NCBI GenBank assembly: GCA_049324415.1
Contig: JBMOOS010000012.1
Location: 16,851-80,850, forward strand
From: Pseudomonadota bacterium
Lineage (GTDB): Bacteria > Pseudomonadota > Alphaproteobacteria > Sphingomonadales > CAKZYD01
Direction of reading: 5' to 3'
DNA length: 64,000 nt
Shown here: positions 15,935 to 24,900 of the stretch, in pieces
How the letters are laid out: each line of letters begins with the position of its first letter
Position numbering within the stretch: the stretch's first letter is position 1
Program-made: the position numbers and the translations under genes
The notes under the pieces: generated by a model
The model's database searches: none
What the model was told of the DNA's origin: nothing
Seen by the model: only the letters and a program-made list of their open reading frames with translations

Positions 15935-16681
15935 TCACTGTATGCGGCCAAGCCGCTCGATGCCGCGCATGCGCAAATCCTGGTAACGGTCGATCATGCG
16001 GGCGGCGGATTGATAGCTGCGCAGGACCGACATCATGTCCGTCATTTCGATGATGCCGTTGACGTTGGAGGTCTCCAGCATGCCGTGCTGGACGCGCAGA
16101 CCGGTCGCCGGCTGGGGCGGCTGGGTGCTGCGGTAAAGGCTGTTGCCGGCCTTTTGCATGAGCTGTTCGTTGGCGAAGGCGACGAGCTGCAGCTTGCCCA
16201 TCACCCCGCGCTTCGAGGAGACGGTGCCATCGTCGGCGAACTCGATATTGATGTCCTGCGGGGTGACGGCGATCGGCTGGCCGCCGTCATCAAGAACCTT
16301 GTGGCCGGATTCGACGGCGAGGAAGCCATCGGGGCTGATGTGCATGCGCCCGTTCCGGGTATAGAATGCCTCCGTCTCGCCATCGCGCTGGACAGCGAGG
16401 AACCCCTTGCCGGCAAGGGCGATGTCGAGGGGGTTGCCGGTCGGCACGAAATCCCCTTGGGTAGCGTCGCGGGCAACGCCATAATCCTCGACGAACGCGA
16501 CTTCGCGGGCGCCCGGGGCGTCGGTCTCGGCGCCCGGCATGTCCATCAGATAGTCCTGGAACATCACTTGCTCGCGCCGGTAGGCGGTGGTGTTCATGTT
16601 GGCGATGTTGTTGGCGATGATGTCCATATAGCGCCGCATCGCCGCCTGATGCGACAGGCTTACATAAAGCGTGGTATCCAT
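15935..16681 (-). CDS. flgF: flagellar proximal rod protein FlgF
   Basis: MDTTLYVSLSHQAAMRRYMDIIANNIANMNTTAYRRE and C-terminal rod domain. Lies upstream of flgG. Confidence 0.9.
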   Translation of the reverse strand: MDTTLYVSLSHQAAMRRYMDIIANNIANMNTTAYRREQVMFQDYLMDMPGAETDAPGAREVAFVEDYGVARDATQGDFVPTGNPLDIALAGKGFLAVQRDGETEAFYTRNGRMHISPDGFLAVESGHKVLDDGGQPIAVTPQDINIEFADDGTVSSKRGVMGKLQLVAFANEQLMQKAGNSLYRSTQPPQPATGLRVQHGMLETSNVNGIIEMTDMMSVLRSYQSAARMIDRYQDLRMRGIERLGRIQ

Positions 16682-16726
16682 CTTCGGGCTCCATTTTGGA
16701 TGGAAGATCGACTGCTGATTTCGAAA

Positions 16727-16741
16727 GCAGGAAGCGTGCCA
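16727..16741 (-). promoter_or_regulatory. sigma54 promoter TGGCAC-GCTTC-CTGC for the flgFGAH operon
   Basis: Perfect -24 element and correctly spaced GC at -12 on the minus strand, about 45 nt upstream of the flgF ATG. Confidence 0.65.
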
Positions 16742-16794
16742 ATCTCTAACGCCTTGATTTTATTAAACTATGCAAGCAACCCTTCGGGCTTGGC

Positions 16795-16832
16795 GGCAAG
16801 CCTTGCCGGCCCGCTTGCGGGCAGGAATTGCC
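16795..16832. promoter_or_regulatory. paired palindromes GGCAAGCCTTGCCGGC and GGCAGGAATTGCC (candidate enhancer)
   Basis: Same GGCAA-N3-TTGCC architecture and roughly 24-bp spacing as at 12523-12560. They lie 54-91 bp upstream of the flgF sigma54 promoter. Confidence 0.45.
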
Positions 16833-16972
16833 GTCTCCAATGCTTTTGGCAAGGCAGGGCTTCAACGGCTTGTTAACCCTCCCGCCCCTAGCATGGCCTC
16901 AGTGACGCGCCGGGTTGGCCCGATGGGCCGCATGGCGATGGACGACGGGGAACGGGTGACGGGGACGGGATA

Positions 16973-17485
16973 ATGGCGCAAGACGCGGCAGCCGATGACC
17001 TGGCCGAGGGCTTGGAACAGGAAGGTCCGGCGCGAAAACGCTTCAGCGGCAAGAAGATCGTGCTTTTCGCGGCGCCGGTGGTGTTGCTTTTGCTGGCGCT
17101 TGCCGTTGCCTTCTTTCTTGGCCTCTTCGGCGGCGAGGAGCCGGCGGAGGAAGCCGCGGCGCTCGCCAAGGAGCCGACCCAGGTTCTTTTCTATGACGTT
17201 CCGGAAATGCTGGTCAATCTCAATACCGGCGAGAAGAAAGCGACCTATTTGAAGCTCAGCGTCGCGCTGGAGGTCGATCGGCAAAGCACGCTTGCCACGC
17301 TCGAGGCGAAGCTGCCGCGCGTCGTCGACAATTTTCAGATTTATTTGCGCGAGCTCCGGCTTGAGGACCTTTCCGGATCCGCTGGCATGTTCCGCTTGAA
17401 GGAAGAGCTTTTGCGCCGGGTCAACGAAGCGGTGGCGCCAGCGCAGGTGAAGGACGTATTGTTCAAGGAAATGCTCGTGCAATGA
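16973..17485 (+). CDS. fliL: flagellar basal-body-associated protein FliL
   Basis: N-terminal TM helix, then FYDVPEMLVNLNTGEKKATYLKLSVALEV...FKEMLVQ. Confidence 0.9.
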   Translation: MAQDAAADDLAEGLEQEGPARKRFSGKKIVLFAAPVVLLLLALAVAFFLGLFGGEEPAEEAAALAKEPTQVLFYDVPEMLVNLNTGEKKATYLKLSVALEVDRQSTLATLEAKLPRVVDNFQIYLRELRLEDLSGSAGMFRLKEELLRRVNEAVAPAQVKDVLFKEMLVQ

Positions 17486-17522
17486 CGCGCTGATGGCGCG
17501 TGGCGCATGGACGATAGGGCTT

Positions 17523-18662
17523 ATGGCAGACGAAAAACAAGGACCCGACGACGAGGCGGTCGCCGCCGAATGGGAGGCGATGGCCGGCGAGGGCCAGGGG
17601 AAAAGCGTCGATGACGAGGCGGTCGCTGCCGAATGGGAGGCGATGGCCGGCGGCGACGAGGATGAGGAGGCGCTAGGCGGCGGCGCGGCGGGCCGGGTCC
17701 TCGACCAGAACGAGATCGACAGCCTGCTCGGCTTTGACGGCGATGACGAAGACAAGAACCGCCAGGGCATTCACGCCATCATCAATTCGGCGCTGGTCTC
17801 TTACGAGCGCCTGCCGATGCTCGACATCATCTTCGATCGCGTGGTGCGGATGATGACGACCTCGTTGCGCAATTTCACCTCGGACAATATCGAGGTCTCG
17901 CTCGACAACATCAATTCGGTGCGTTTTGGCGATTATCTCAATTCCGTGCCGTTGCCGGCGATGATGTCGGTGTTCCGGGCCGAGGAATGGGACAATTATG
18001 GCCTGATGACGGTGGATTCCTCGCTCATCTATTCGATTGTCGATGTGCTCCTGGGCGGGCGCCGGGGCACCGCGGCGATGCGGATCGAGGGCCGGCCCTA
18101 CACGACCATCGAGCAATCGCTGGTCGAGCGCATGATCGCGGTGATCTTGAAGGACCTGTCGGGCGCTTTCGAGCCGCTCAGTCCGGTCACCTTCACGTTC
18201 GACCGTTTGGAGACCAACCCGCGTTTCGCCTCGATCGCCCGGCCGTCCAACGCCGCCATCCTGATCAAGCTCAGGATCGACATGGAAGATCGCGGCGGCC
18301 GGCTGGAGATGCTGTTCCCCTATGCCACCCTGGAGCCGATCCGCGAGCTTCTCCTGCAACGCTTCATGGGCGAGAAATTCGGCCGGGACTCGATCTGGGA
18401 AACCCATTTGGCGACGGAGCTGTGGCACACCCGCGTGTCCCTCGACGCCGTGCTCGACGAACAAGTGATGTCGCTGCGCAAGATCCTCAACTTGAAGGTT
18501 GGCGATACCCTCGTCTTCAACGCCACCGAGCGCACCCCGGTGGTGCTGCGCAGCGGCAGCATCGCTTTGATGAGCGGGCGCATGGGCCGCTCCGGCCAGC
18601 ATGTCGCGATCAAGGTCAACGCCGTCACCACCACGGCAAGGAGTTCCAGCAATGACGCTTGA
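17523..18662 (+). CDS. fliM: flagellar motor switch protein FliM
   Basis: CheY-binding motif LDQNEIDSLLGF plus FliM middle and C-terminal domains. Start at 17523 or 17493 is unresolved. Confidence 0.92.
   Translation: MADEKQGPDDEAVAAEWEAMAGEGQGKSVDDEAVAAEWEAMAGGDEDEEALGGGAAGRVLDQNEIDSLLGFDGDDEDKNRQGIHAIINSALVSYERLPMLDIIFDRVVRMMTTSLRNFTSDNIEVSLDNINSVRFGDYLNSVPLPAMMSVFRAEEWDNYGLMTVDSSLIYSIVDVLLGGRRGTAAMRIEGRPYTTIEQSLVERMIAVILKDLSGAFEPLSPVTFTFDRLETNPRFASIARPSNAAILIKLRIDMEDRGGRLEMLFPYATLEPIRELLLQRFMGEKFGRDSIWETHLATELWHTRVSLDAVLDEQVMSLRKILNLKVGDTLVFNATERTPVVLRSGSIALMSGRMGRSGQHVAIKVNAVTTTARSSSNDA
17550..17652 (+). repeat. in-frame 63-bp-period duplication in the fliM 5' region
   Basis: 40-nt blocks at 17550-17589 and 17613-17652 differ at one base. 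They encode DEAVAAEWEAMAG twice. Confidence 0.9.
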
Positions 18663-19059
18663 TCTTGTGACCAGCGCGGTTCTTGGCCTTTTGCTGCTGG
18701 CCATGATCGTCAGCGCTTGGCGTCTTGAGCGCCGCTTGAAAAGCGTGCGCGCCGGCAAGGAGGAGTTGCAGGCGTTGATCGAGGGCTTGAACAAGGCGAC
18801 GGAAAGGGCGCAGGCCAGCATCGTGGAGATGCGCGCAGCGGCAAAACAGTTCGAAGGCACGTGGGAGGGTAGCGTTGGCAAGGCGCGGGCGCTCGCGGAT
18901 GAATTGGCGCTCATCACCCATGCCGGGGAAAACCTCGCCAACCGCTTGGAACAGCGCCTCGCCGACTTGCCGGATGCGGCGGCGCGGCCGTCACCCGTGC
19001 CCCCCGCGGCTAAAACCGAGGACAATGACGTCGTGCGCGCCTTGCGCGGCGTTCGCTAG
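18652..19059 (+). CDS. small N-terminally anchored coiled-coil protein (possibly DUF6468-like)
   Basis: 135 aa. AAGGAG RBS; start overlaps the fliM 3' end by 11 nt. One TM helix, then helical heptad-like sequence. Confidence 0.6.
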   Translation: MTLDLVTSAVLGLLLLAMIVSAWRLERRLKSVRAGKEELQALIEGLNKATERAQASIVEMRAAAKQFEGTWEGSVGKARALADELALITHAGENLANRLEQRLADLPDAAARPSPVPPAAKTEDNDVVRALRGVR

Positions 19060-19063
19060 TGGC

Positions 19064-19105
19064 GAAAATCAAACGCTTGGACCCCATTCATCGTGTTTGA
19101 TTTTC
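19064..19105. other. 11-bp inverted repeat GAAAATCAAAC-N20-GTTTGATTTTC
   Basis: Read directly, in the 133-nt spacer upstream of the MotE-like gene. Confidence 0.6.
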
Positions 19106-19192
19106 ACCACAATATATTGGATTTGCGCGTGGCTCGGCCCGACAATTCGGAAATGAATTGGCGGAATCGAACCACTAGAATGTGAGACGCCC

Positions 19193-19876
19193 ATGGCACT
19201 GCCACGAATACGCCTGCTGCCGAGCTTGATGATTGTCGGCGCCTTCGCCCTTGGCATCCAGGTCGTTGGCCTTGTCGAAGGCTTCGACGCGACTGGCGGG
19301 CCGGCGCGGGCGCAGGAGGGCGCTGACGCCAAGACCGGCGCGGCGGCGCCGGAGGAAGGCGAGGCCCTCCACGATGGCGCCATGCCGGACATGCCCCTGG
19401 CGCCCGATGCATCGGCGCCCGCGCAAGACCCTGGCGCCTTCGATCCCGCCTATATGAGCCCCTCGGAGATCGCGCTGCTGCGCGACCTTGCCCAGCGGCG
19501 CACTATGTTGGACGAGCGCGAGCAGCAGATCGCCTTGCGCGGACGCTTGCTCGAAGCGACGGAAAAACGCATCGATGGCAAGATCGGCGAGCTTAAGGCT
19601 CTGGAAGAGCGCATCAAGGGCCTCATTAACCAGCATGACGAAGCGCAGACGAAGCAGATCGACAATCTGGTCCGCGTCTATGAGAAAATGAAGCCCAAGG
19701 ACGCCGCGCAAATCTTCGAGCGTCTCGACCTCGACATCCAGATCGCCGTCGCGCAGCGCATGAAGGAGGCCAAGATGGCGCCGATCATGGCGGCGATGGC
19801 GCCGGAAAGCGCGAAAACCCTGAGTACGGCCTTGGCCAGCCGCATCGAGCTTCCGGGCTTGAACAGCGAAAGTTGA
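19193..19876 (+). CDS. MotE-family flagellar protein (MgtE-N-like domain)
   Basis: N-terminal TM helix, coiled coil, and C-terminal VYEKMKPKDAAQIFERLDLDIQIAVAQRMKEAKMAPIMAAM typical of MotE/FlbB-type proteins. Confidence 0.7.
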   Translation: MALPRIRLLPSLMIVGAFALGIQVVGLVEGFDATGGPARAQEGADAKTGAAAPEEGEALHDGAMPDMPLAPDASAPAQDPGAFDPAYMSPSEIALLRDLAQRRTMLDEREQQIALRGRLLEATEKRIDGKIGELKALEERIKGLINQHDEAQTKQIDNLVRVYEKMKPKDAAQIFERLDLDIQIAVAQRMKEAKMAPIMAAMAPESAKTLSTALASRIELPGLNSES

Positions 19877-20012
19877 CATAAGGGACAGGCTTTACGCCCC
19901 TTTAACCCGGCTTCCCTATGGTTGACGGCATCGCGAAGGACGCTGGCATGATGCGTTCTGGCATGCCCGGCCGTGGAACAGCAGGCGGCGGCCCAGTGGA
20001 AGAAGGCAGGAC

Positions 20013-20666
20013 ATGAGTAGCAATTCCGTATCGGTCAGTTTGCAATCGCGCCTGGCGGCGCTGCGCGCCGAACGCGGCGGCAATGTCGCGATCGACGAGG
20101 TGGGGGATGTGGTCACGTCCCTGGTTTCGACGCTGCAGGGCGATTTCGAGGCCACCACCTTGCGCTTCAGCGCCGAGATCGAGCGGCTGATGGAATTCAT
20201 CACCACGGCCAAGGAAGAAATCGCTTCCATCAACCCCAACACCTTGTCGAAGCGCGATTTGCCCGGCGCCGCCGACGAGCTTGACGCCATCGTCGCCGCC
20301 ACCGAGGATGCCGCCGGCAAGATCATGGACGCCGCCGATGAAGTCCAGGCCATCGCCGCCGGGCTCGACGGCGCGCTCGGCGACAAGCTGCTCGCGGTGT
20401 CCACCAAGATTTTCGAGGCATCGAGTTTTCAGGACATCACCGGGCAACGGGTGACCAAGGTGGTGCGGGTCCTCAAGCTGGTGGAGGAACGCCTCGCGCT
20501 CCTTGCCCAGACCATTGGCGATGATCACATCGAGGAAAAAGCCGCCATCGAGCGCGACAAGGACGGGGTCGTGGTCAAGGACGAGGATCTGCTGCACGGC
20601 CCTCAGCTCGAGGGCGACGGCAACAACCAAGACGATATCGACGCCCTGCTCGCCAGCTTCGATTAG
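20013..20666 (+). CDS. cheZ: CheZ-family CheY-P phosphatase homologue
   Basis: Catalytic-helix motif SSFQDITGQRV (compare E. coli DFQDLTGQ) and an acidic C-terminal peptide QDDIDALLASFD resembling the CheY-binding tail. Confidence 0.75.
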   Translation: MSSNSVSVSLQSRLAALRAERGGNVAIDEVGDVVTSLVSTLQGDFEATTLRFSAEIERLMEFITTAKEEIASINPNTLSKRDLPGAADELDAIVAATEDAAGKIMDAADEVQAIAAGLDGALGDKLLAVSTKIFEASSFQDITGQRVTKVVRVLKLVEERLALLAQTIGDDHIEEKAAIERDKDGVVVKDEDLLHGPQLEGDGNNQDDIDALLASFD

Positions 20667-20674
20667 GAACCGCT

Positions 20675-21286
20675 ATGGCCATGGAGTCCTTTCCTGGCCC
20701 GGAAAACCATGGCGCGGCCAGTGTAAACACCCTGGTTTCGCTGTATCTTTTGTTGCTGACCTTCTTCATCGCCTTGCAGGCCCTGGCCGAACATCAGCCC
20801 CTCGACGCCCGGCGCACGCTGGACAGCGTGCGCGCCGCCTTCGGCGACAAGCGCGTCATCATTCCCAGAATCGCGCCCGATCTACCCTTTGAGGGCAGCT
20901 TTGAAGCGGAACTGGAAAGGCTCATGCGACAGGCCTTCGGCATCGCCGCCCGCTCTGCCGGCGGCGCCGCGCGGGAGGAGGTGGGCATCGCCATTGATCC
21001 GGCCTATTTCTTCGCGCCTGCCAGTATTCGGCTTCGCGGCGACCGGCAGGGCGCGCTTGGCGCGGTTGCCCGCTATCTTGCCACCTCGCCCAAGGGCGAG
21101 GCGCGGCGCTTGTCCATCCTCGCCATGGGCGCGGATGGCCTTGCCACGCAGCGCGCCATCGCGCTGGGGCTCGCCTTGCAGGCGCAGGGCGCGCCGTCGG
21201 AGAGCATCGTCCTGGCGCGCCGCCCCGATGCCGAGGACGGGCTTGTTTTGCGCTTTGCCAGACGGCCGGCGGAGCCGCGCCCGTGA
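20675..21286 (+). CDS. MotB-like protein 1 (TM lacks the conserved Asp; degenerate OmpA-like C-terminus)
   Basis: TM segment LVSLYLLLLTFFIAL resembles the MotB TM. The C-terminal half follows the OmpA-like pattern without canonical PG-binding residues. Confidence 0.55.
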   Translation: MAMESFPGPENHGAASVNTLVSLYLLLLTFFIALQALAEHQPLDARRTLDSVRAAFGDKRVIIPRIAPDLPFEGSFEAELERLMRQAFGIAARSAGGAAREEVGIAIDPAYFFAPASIRLRGDRQGALGAVARYLATSPKGEARRLSILAMGADGLATQRAIALGLALQAQGAPSESIVLARRPDAEDGLVLRFARRPAEPRP

Positions 21287-21972
21287 CGCGGAGGTCCAGC
21301 GGTAGCCTCATTGGCGGGCTCGGCGCCGGCTGGTCGCTGTTGCTCGCCGACCTTCTTGCCCTGCTCTTGACTTTTTTCATCCTGATATTTTCCTATACCT
21401 CCTTCGACCAGGCCTCCTGGTCGGCGATGACCCAGGCGCTGTCGGCGCAATTGAACGACAAGGCGGCGCCCGCCCGCCCGGACGCGTCGGGAACCCCCGA
21501 GGAGAGGGCGGGCGGCCTTTCCCTTGATTATGTCACGCGGCTTCTCGAAGAGCGGCGCGCCGACAACAAGGTGCTCGCCCAGGCGACGCTGATCCGCAGC
21601 GAGGACCGCCTGACGCTGCGCCTCCCCCACAATGCGCTTTTCACTGCCGAAGACGCTGTGCAACCCGATATCCATGCCGCCCTTGGCGAGCTCGGCGTGA
21701 CTTTCGCCCATTTAGGCCATGGTCTTGAAATCACGACGCATTTGCCGCCCGGCATGACGCCGGCCGCAGCCTGGCCGTTGGGCCTGGCGCGGGCGGAAAG
21801 GGTGGCGCAGGCCTTGCGACAGGCCACCGTCTTGCCCGACGTCACGCTCGTGTCGGCGGCGGACGCGGATTTTTCGTTATTCCTAACCAATTATGAACTA
21901 GCTGCGCGCTATGCTCTGGCGGACCGCGTGGAAATCAGCATTTTGCGCCGCGGCGCAGCGACGGAAAAATGA
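21283..21972 (+). CDS. MotB-like protein 2 (TM retains Asp; OmpA-like C-terminus)
   Basis: WSLLLADLLALLLTFFILIFS matches the MotB YADLMTLLLAFF pattern, including Asp. C-terminal GLARAERVAQAL is OmpA-like. GTGA overlap with the upstream gene. Confidence 0.6.
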   Translation: MTRRSSGSLIGGLGAGWSLLLADLLALLLTFFILIFSYTSFDQASWSAMTQALSAQLNDKAAPARPDASGTPEERAGGLSLDYVTRLLEERRADNKVLAQATLIRSEDRLTLRLPHNALFTAEDAVQPDIHAALGELGVTFAHLGHGLEITTHLPPGMTPAAAWPLGLARAERVAQALRQATVLPDVTLVSAADADFSLFLTNYELAARYALADRVEISILRRGAATEK

Positions 21973-24900
21973 ATACGGATAAAGGCTTGCAAAAGAAGAT
22001 AAGACGCGCGTCGCGGCTGGCCGCTGTTCTTCTGCTTGCCCTTTTTTCGCCCGCCATGGCGATGGCTGCGCCGGTGGCGGTGCGGGGCGGCGACCATGAG
22101 GGCTATAGCCGGATCGTGTTCGACTGGCCGGCGCTGGTGCCCTATGCGGCATCCATGGACGGCGACAGCATCGTTCTTACCTTCGACAGCGCCGATGACC
22201 CCAAGCTTGACGGCCTCGCCCGCCAGCGCCTTATCAACATCCGCGCAGTAAGCGCGCGGCGCGACGCGGACAGGGTGACGGTACGCGTGCAGACCGCCGT
22301 GGGCGTTGGTCTGCGCCACTTCCGTGACGGGCGTAAAGTGGTGGTCGATGCGCTCGTCCCGCGGCCCGCCATGGCCAAGCCCGAGACTGCCTCCCCGGCG
22401 GTCGGCGAGGATGCTCCGAAATTGGCCGAGATCGCTGCCCTGGGCCGCGCCGCCGCGCAAATGAACGCCGCCGACCACGCGGCCGCGGTGCGCCGCGCTG
22501 AAGCGGCCGAGGCGGCGGCGGAAAAAGCGAAAGCCGAAGCCGCGGCCGCCGCCAGGGCGGAGGCGGAAGCGAAGGCGGCGGCGGAGGAGGAAGAAGCACG
22601 CCGGCAGGCCGAGGCGGCGGCGCAAGCGGCCGAGCAAGCAGCGCTTGTCGCGCAGGCGCCGCAACATCTCGTCGTCGGCGTGCGCCCCTTGCAAAACGGC
22701 GTTCTGCTTCGCTATCCCTGGGCGCGGACGGTGGCGGCGGCGGCGTTCAAGCGCGGCGCCCAGCTTTGGGTGGTGTTCGAGGCCTTGGCGACGGTCGATC
22801 ATGGCGCGCTTGTCACGGCGATGGGCGAGCGCATTCGCGACGCGACCCAGGTGCCGCATCAAACGGCGACCATCCTGCGCTATCGCATTCGCGTCGATCA
22901 GAATGTCGGCATGCGCCGCGAGGGCACGCAGTGGGTGGTCGAGGTCAAGGATACGCTCGTTCGCCCGCGCCAGCCGATGACGGCGGTGCGGCAATTGGAT
23001 CCGCGCGGCGGGGCGCGGCTGTTCATCAACCTTGAAGAAGGCGGCGCGACCCTCATCGCCGATGACCCGGAAGTGGGCGACCGGCTGTTCATCGTGCCGG
23101 TCGTACCCTCGGGAAGGGGCCTTGCCGAGGAGCAGCGGTTTGCCGAATTCGAGCTGCTTGCCAGCGCCCAAGGGGTCGCCGTCTCGGCCTTGTCCGATCA
23201 CGTCCTGGTGGAGCGCGATCGCGACGGGGTGGTGATCGCGACGGGCGACGGGCTCGAGGTCTCCGGCAAGGGGCGCGAGGACGCCGTCGAGGAAATCGCC
23301 CCTGCGCCGGCAACGCGCATTTTCGATTTCGAGGCCTGGCGGGCGCTTGGCGGGTCGGGCGAGACGACCCAGCGTTACCACCACTTGCTCTATGCTCTGT
23401 CGCGGGCGCGCAAGGATGCGCGCAATGCCCGGCGCTGGGATCTGGCGCGCTTCCTGTTGGCGGGCGGACGCGCCACCGATGCCTATGGCGTGCTCGCCGT
23501 CATGGGCAGGGACGAGCCGGCGCTTGAAGACAGCGCCGAGTTCCGCGCGGTGCGTGGCGTCGCGGCATTGAACCTGCGGCGTTATGATGAAGCGGCGGGG
23601 GATTTGGCCATGGCTTCCCTCGATGACGAGCCGGACGCTTATTTATGGCGTGCCCTGGTGGCCGAGGCGCAAGGCCAGCCGCAAGCCGCGCTTGACGCCT
23701 TCCGGCGGGGAACGGATGTCATCTCTCTCTACAGCCATGATGACCGGGCGCGCTTCAGCCTGGCGGCGATGCGCGCCGCGCTGGCCTTGGGCGAGAACGA
23801 ATTCGTCGAGCGCGAATTGGCATTGCTCGAGACCTTGACGCTGTCGCCGCACCGCCGCGCTGAAGCGCAGTTCCTGCAAGCGCGCCTGTCGCAAGCCTAT
23901 GCCGACGTGGAAACCGCCAAGGCGACTTATGCGCGCCTTAGCGACGAAGCGCCGCGCCATATCGCCGCGCGCGCCCGCTTCGAAGCGATCAAGCTCGCCA
24001 CCGCCAGCGGCGCGATCACCCTGGGCGAGGCGATCAACGGCCTTGAAAGGCTGCGCTATGCCTGGCGCGGCGATGAATTCGAGCTCGATCTTTTAGAGCG
24101 CCTCGGCGAACTCTATATCGCTACCGGAGACTACCGGACCGGACTCGAGGCCTTGCGCCAGGCGGTGAGCTATTTCGCCGATTCGACGCGCACCCGCGCC
24201 ATCGCCAGACGCATGGAGGCGATTTTCCGCGATCTTTTCCTGTCCGACAAGACGCAAGCGATGGAGCCTTTGCAAGCGCTTGCCCTCTACTATGATTTTC
24301 GCGAGCTGACGCCGCTCGGCGCGGAGGGCGACACCATGGTCCGTCGGCTCGCCGATCGGATGGTCGCTGTCGATCTCCTCGATCGCGCCGCCGGCCTCCT
24401 CGAGCATCAAGTGAAATATCGCCTGGAGGGAGTGGCGCAAGCCGACGTCGCCACGCGCCTGGCGATGATCCATCTGATGAACGGGCGCGCCAGTGATGCC
24501 CTGGGCGTTTTGCGGGCGACCCGCAATGTCGCCGCCATGCCGGAGGATTTGCGGCGGCGGCGCCGGCAATTGGAAGCGCGCGCGCTCATCGACCTTGGGC
24601 AGTTCGCCGAGGCGGAAAGCCTTCTTGAGGAAGACGCCACGCCCCAAGCCACGCTGTTGCGCGCCGATCTCTATTGGGGCGACAAGGCGTGGACCAAGGT
24701 CGTTGCCGCCAGCGGCGCGGTCCTTGGCGAGCGTTGGCGCGACGATGCCCCGCTCGGCGAGGACGAGCGGCGGCATCTGTTGCGCATCGCGGTGGCGCTG
24801 GCGATGACCGACGACAAGGCCGGTCTGCGCCAGTTGCGCCAGCAATACGCCAAGGCGATGGCAAGCGGCGCCTTGTCGGAAGCCTTTGACGTCATCACCA

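Noticed and set aside
16747-16759. IHF core match AATCAAGGCGTTA on the minus strand near the flgF sigma54 promoter
   Set aside because: It ends only about 5 bp from the -24 element, which is too close for the usual bending role. Kept as a note only.
16847-16861. TGGCAAGGCAGGGCT as a sigma54 promoter for fliL
   Set aside because: GG-N10-GC spacing is not met (the GC falls at N9). fliL is more likely expressed from a CtrA/housekeeping-type class II promoter.
19160-19176. tRNA-like T-arm on the minus strand (GTGGTTCGATTCCGCC)
   Set aside because: No matching acceptor stem, D-arm or anticodon arm can be built from the flanks, and it overlaps the 5' region of the MotE-like gene. Not a tRNA gene; at most an ancient fragment.
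22440-22650. GCG/GCC/GAA-rich repetitive DNA that could be mistaken for a tandem repeat or array
   Set aside because: It is in frame within the 1019-aa gene and encodes an Ala/Glu/Lys low-complexity helical linker. No regular repeat unit or spacer structure is present.
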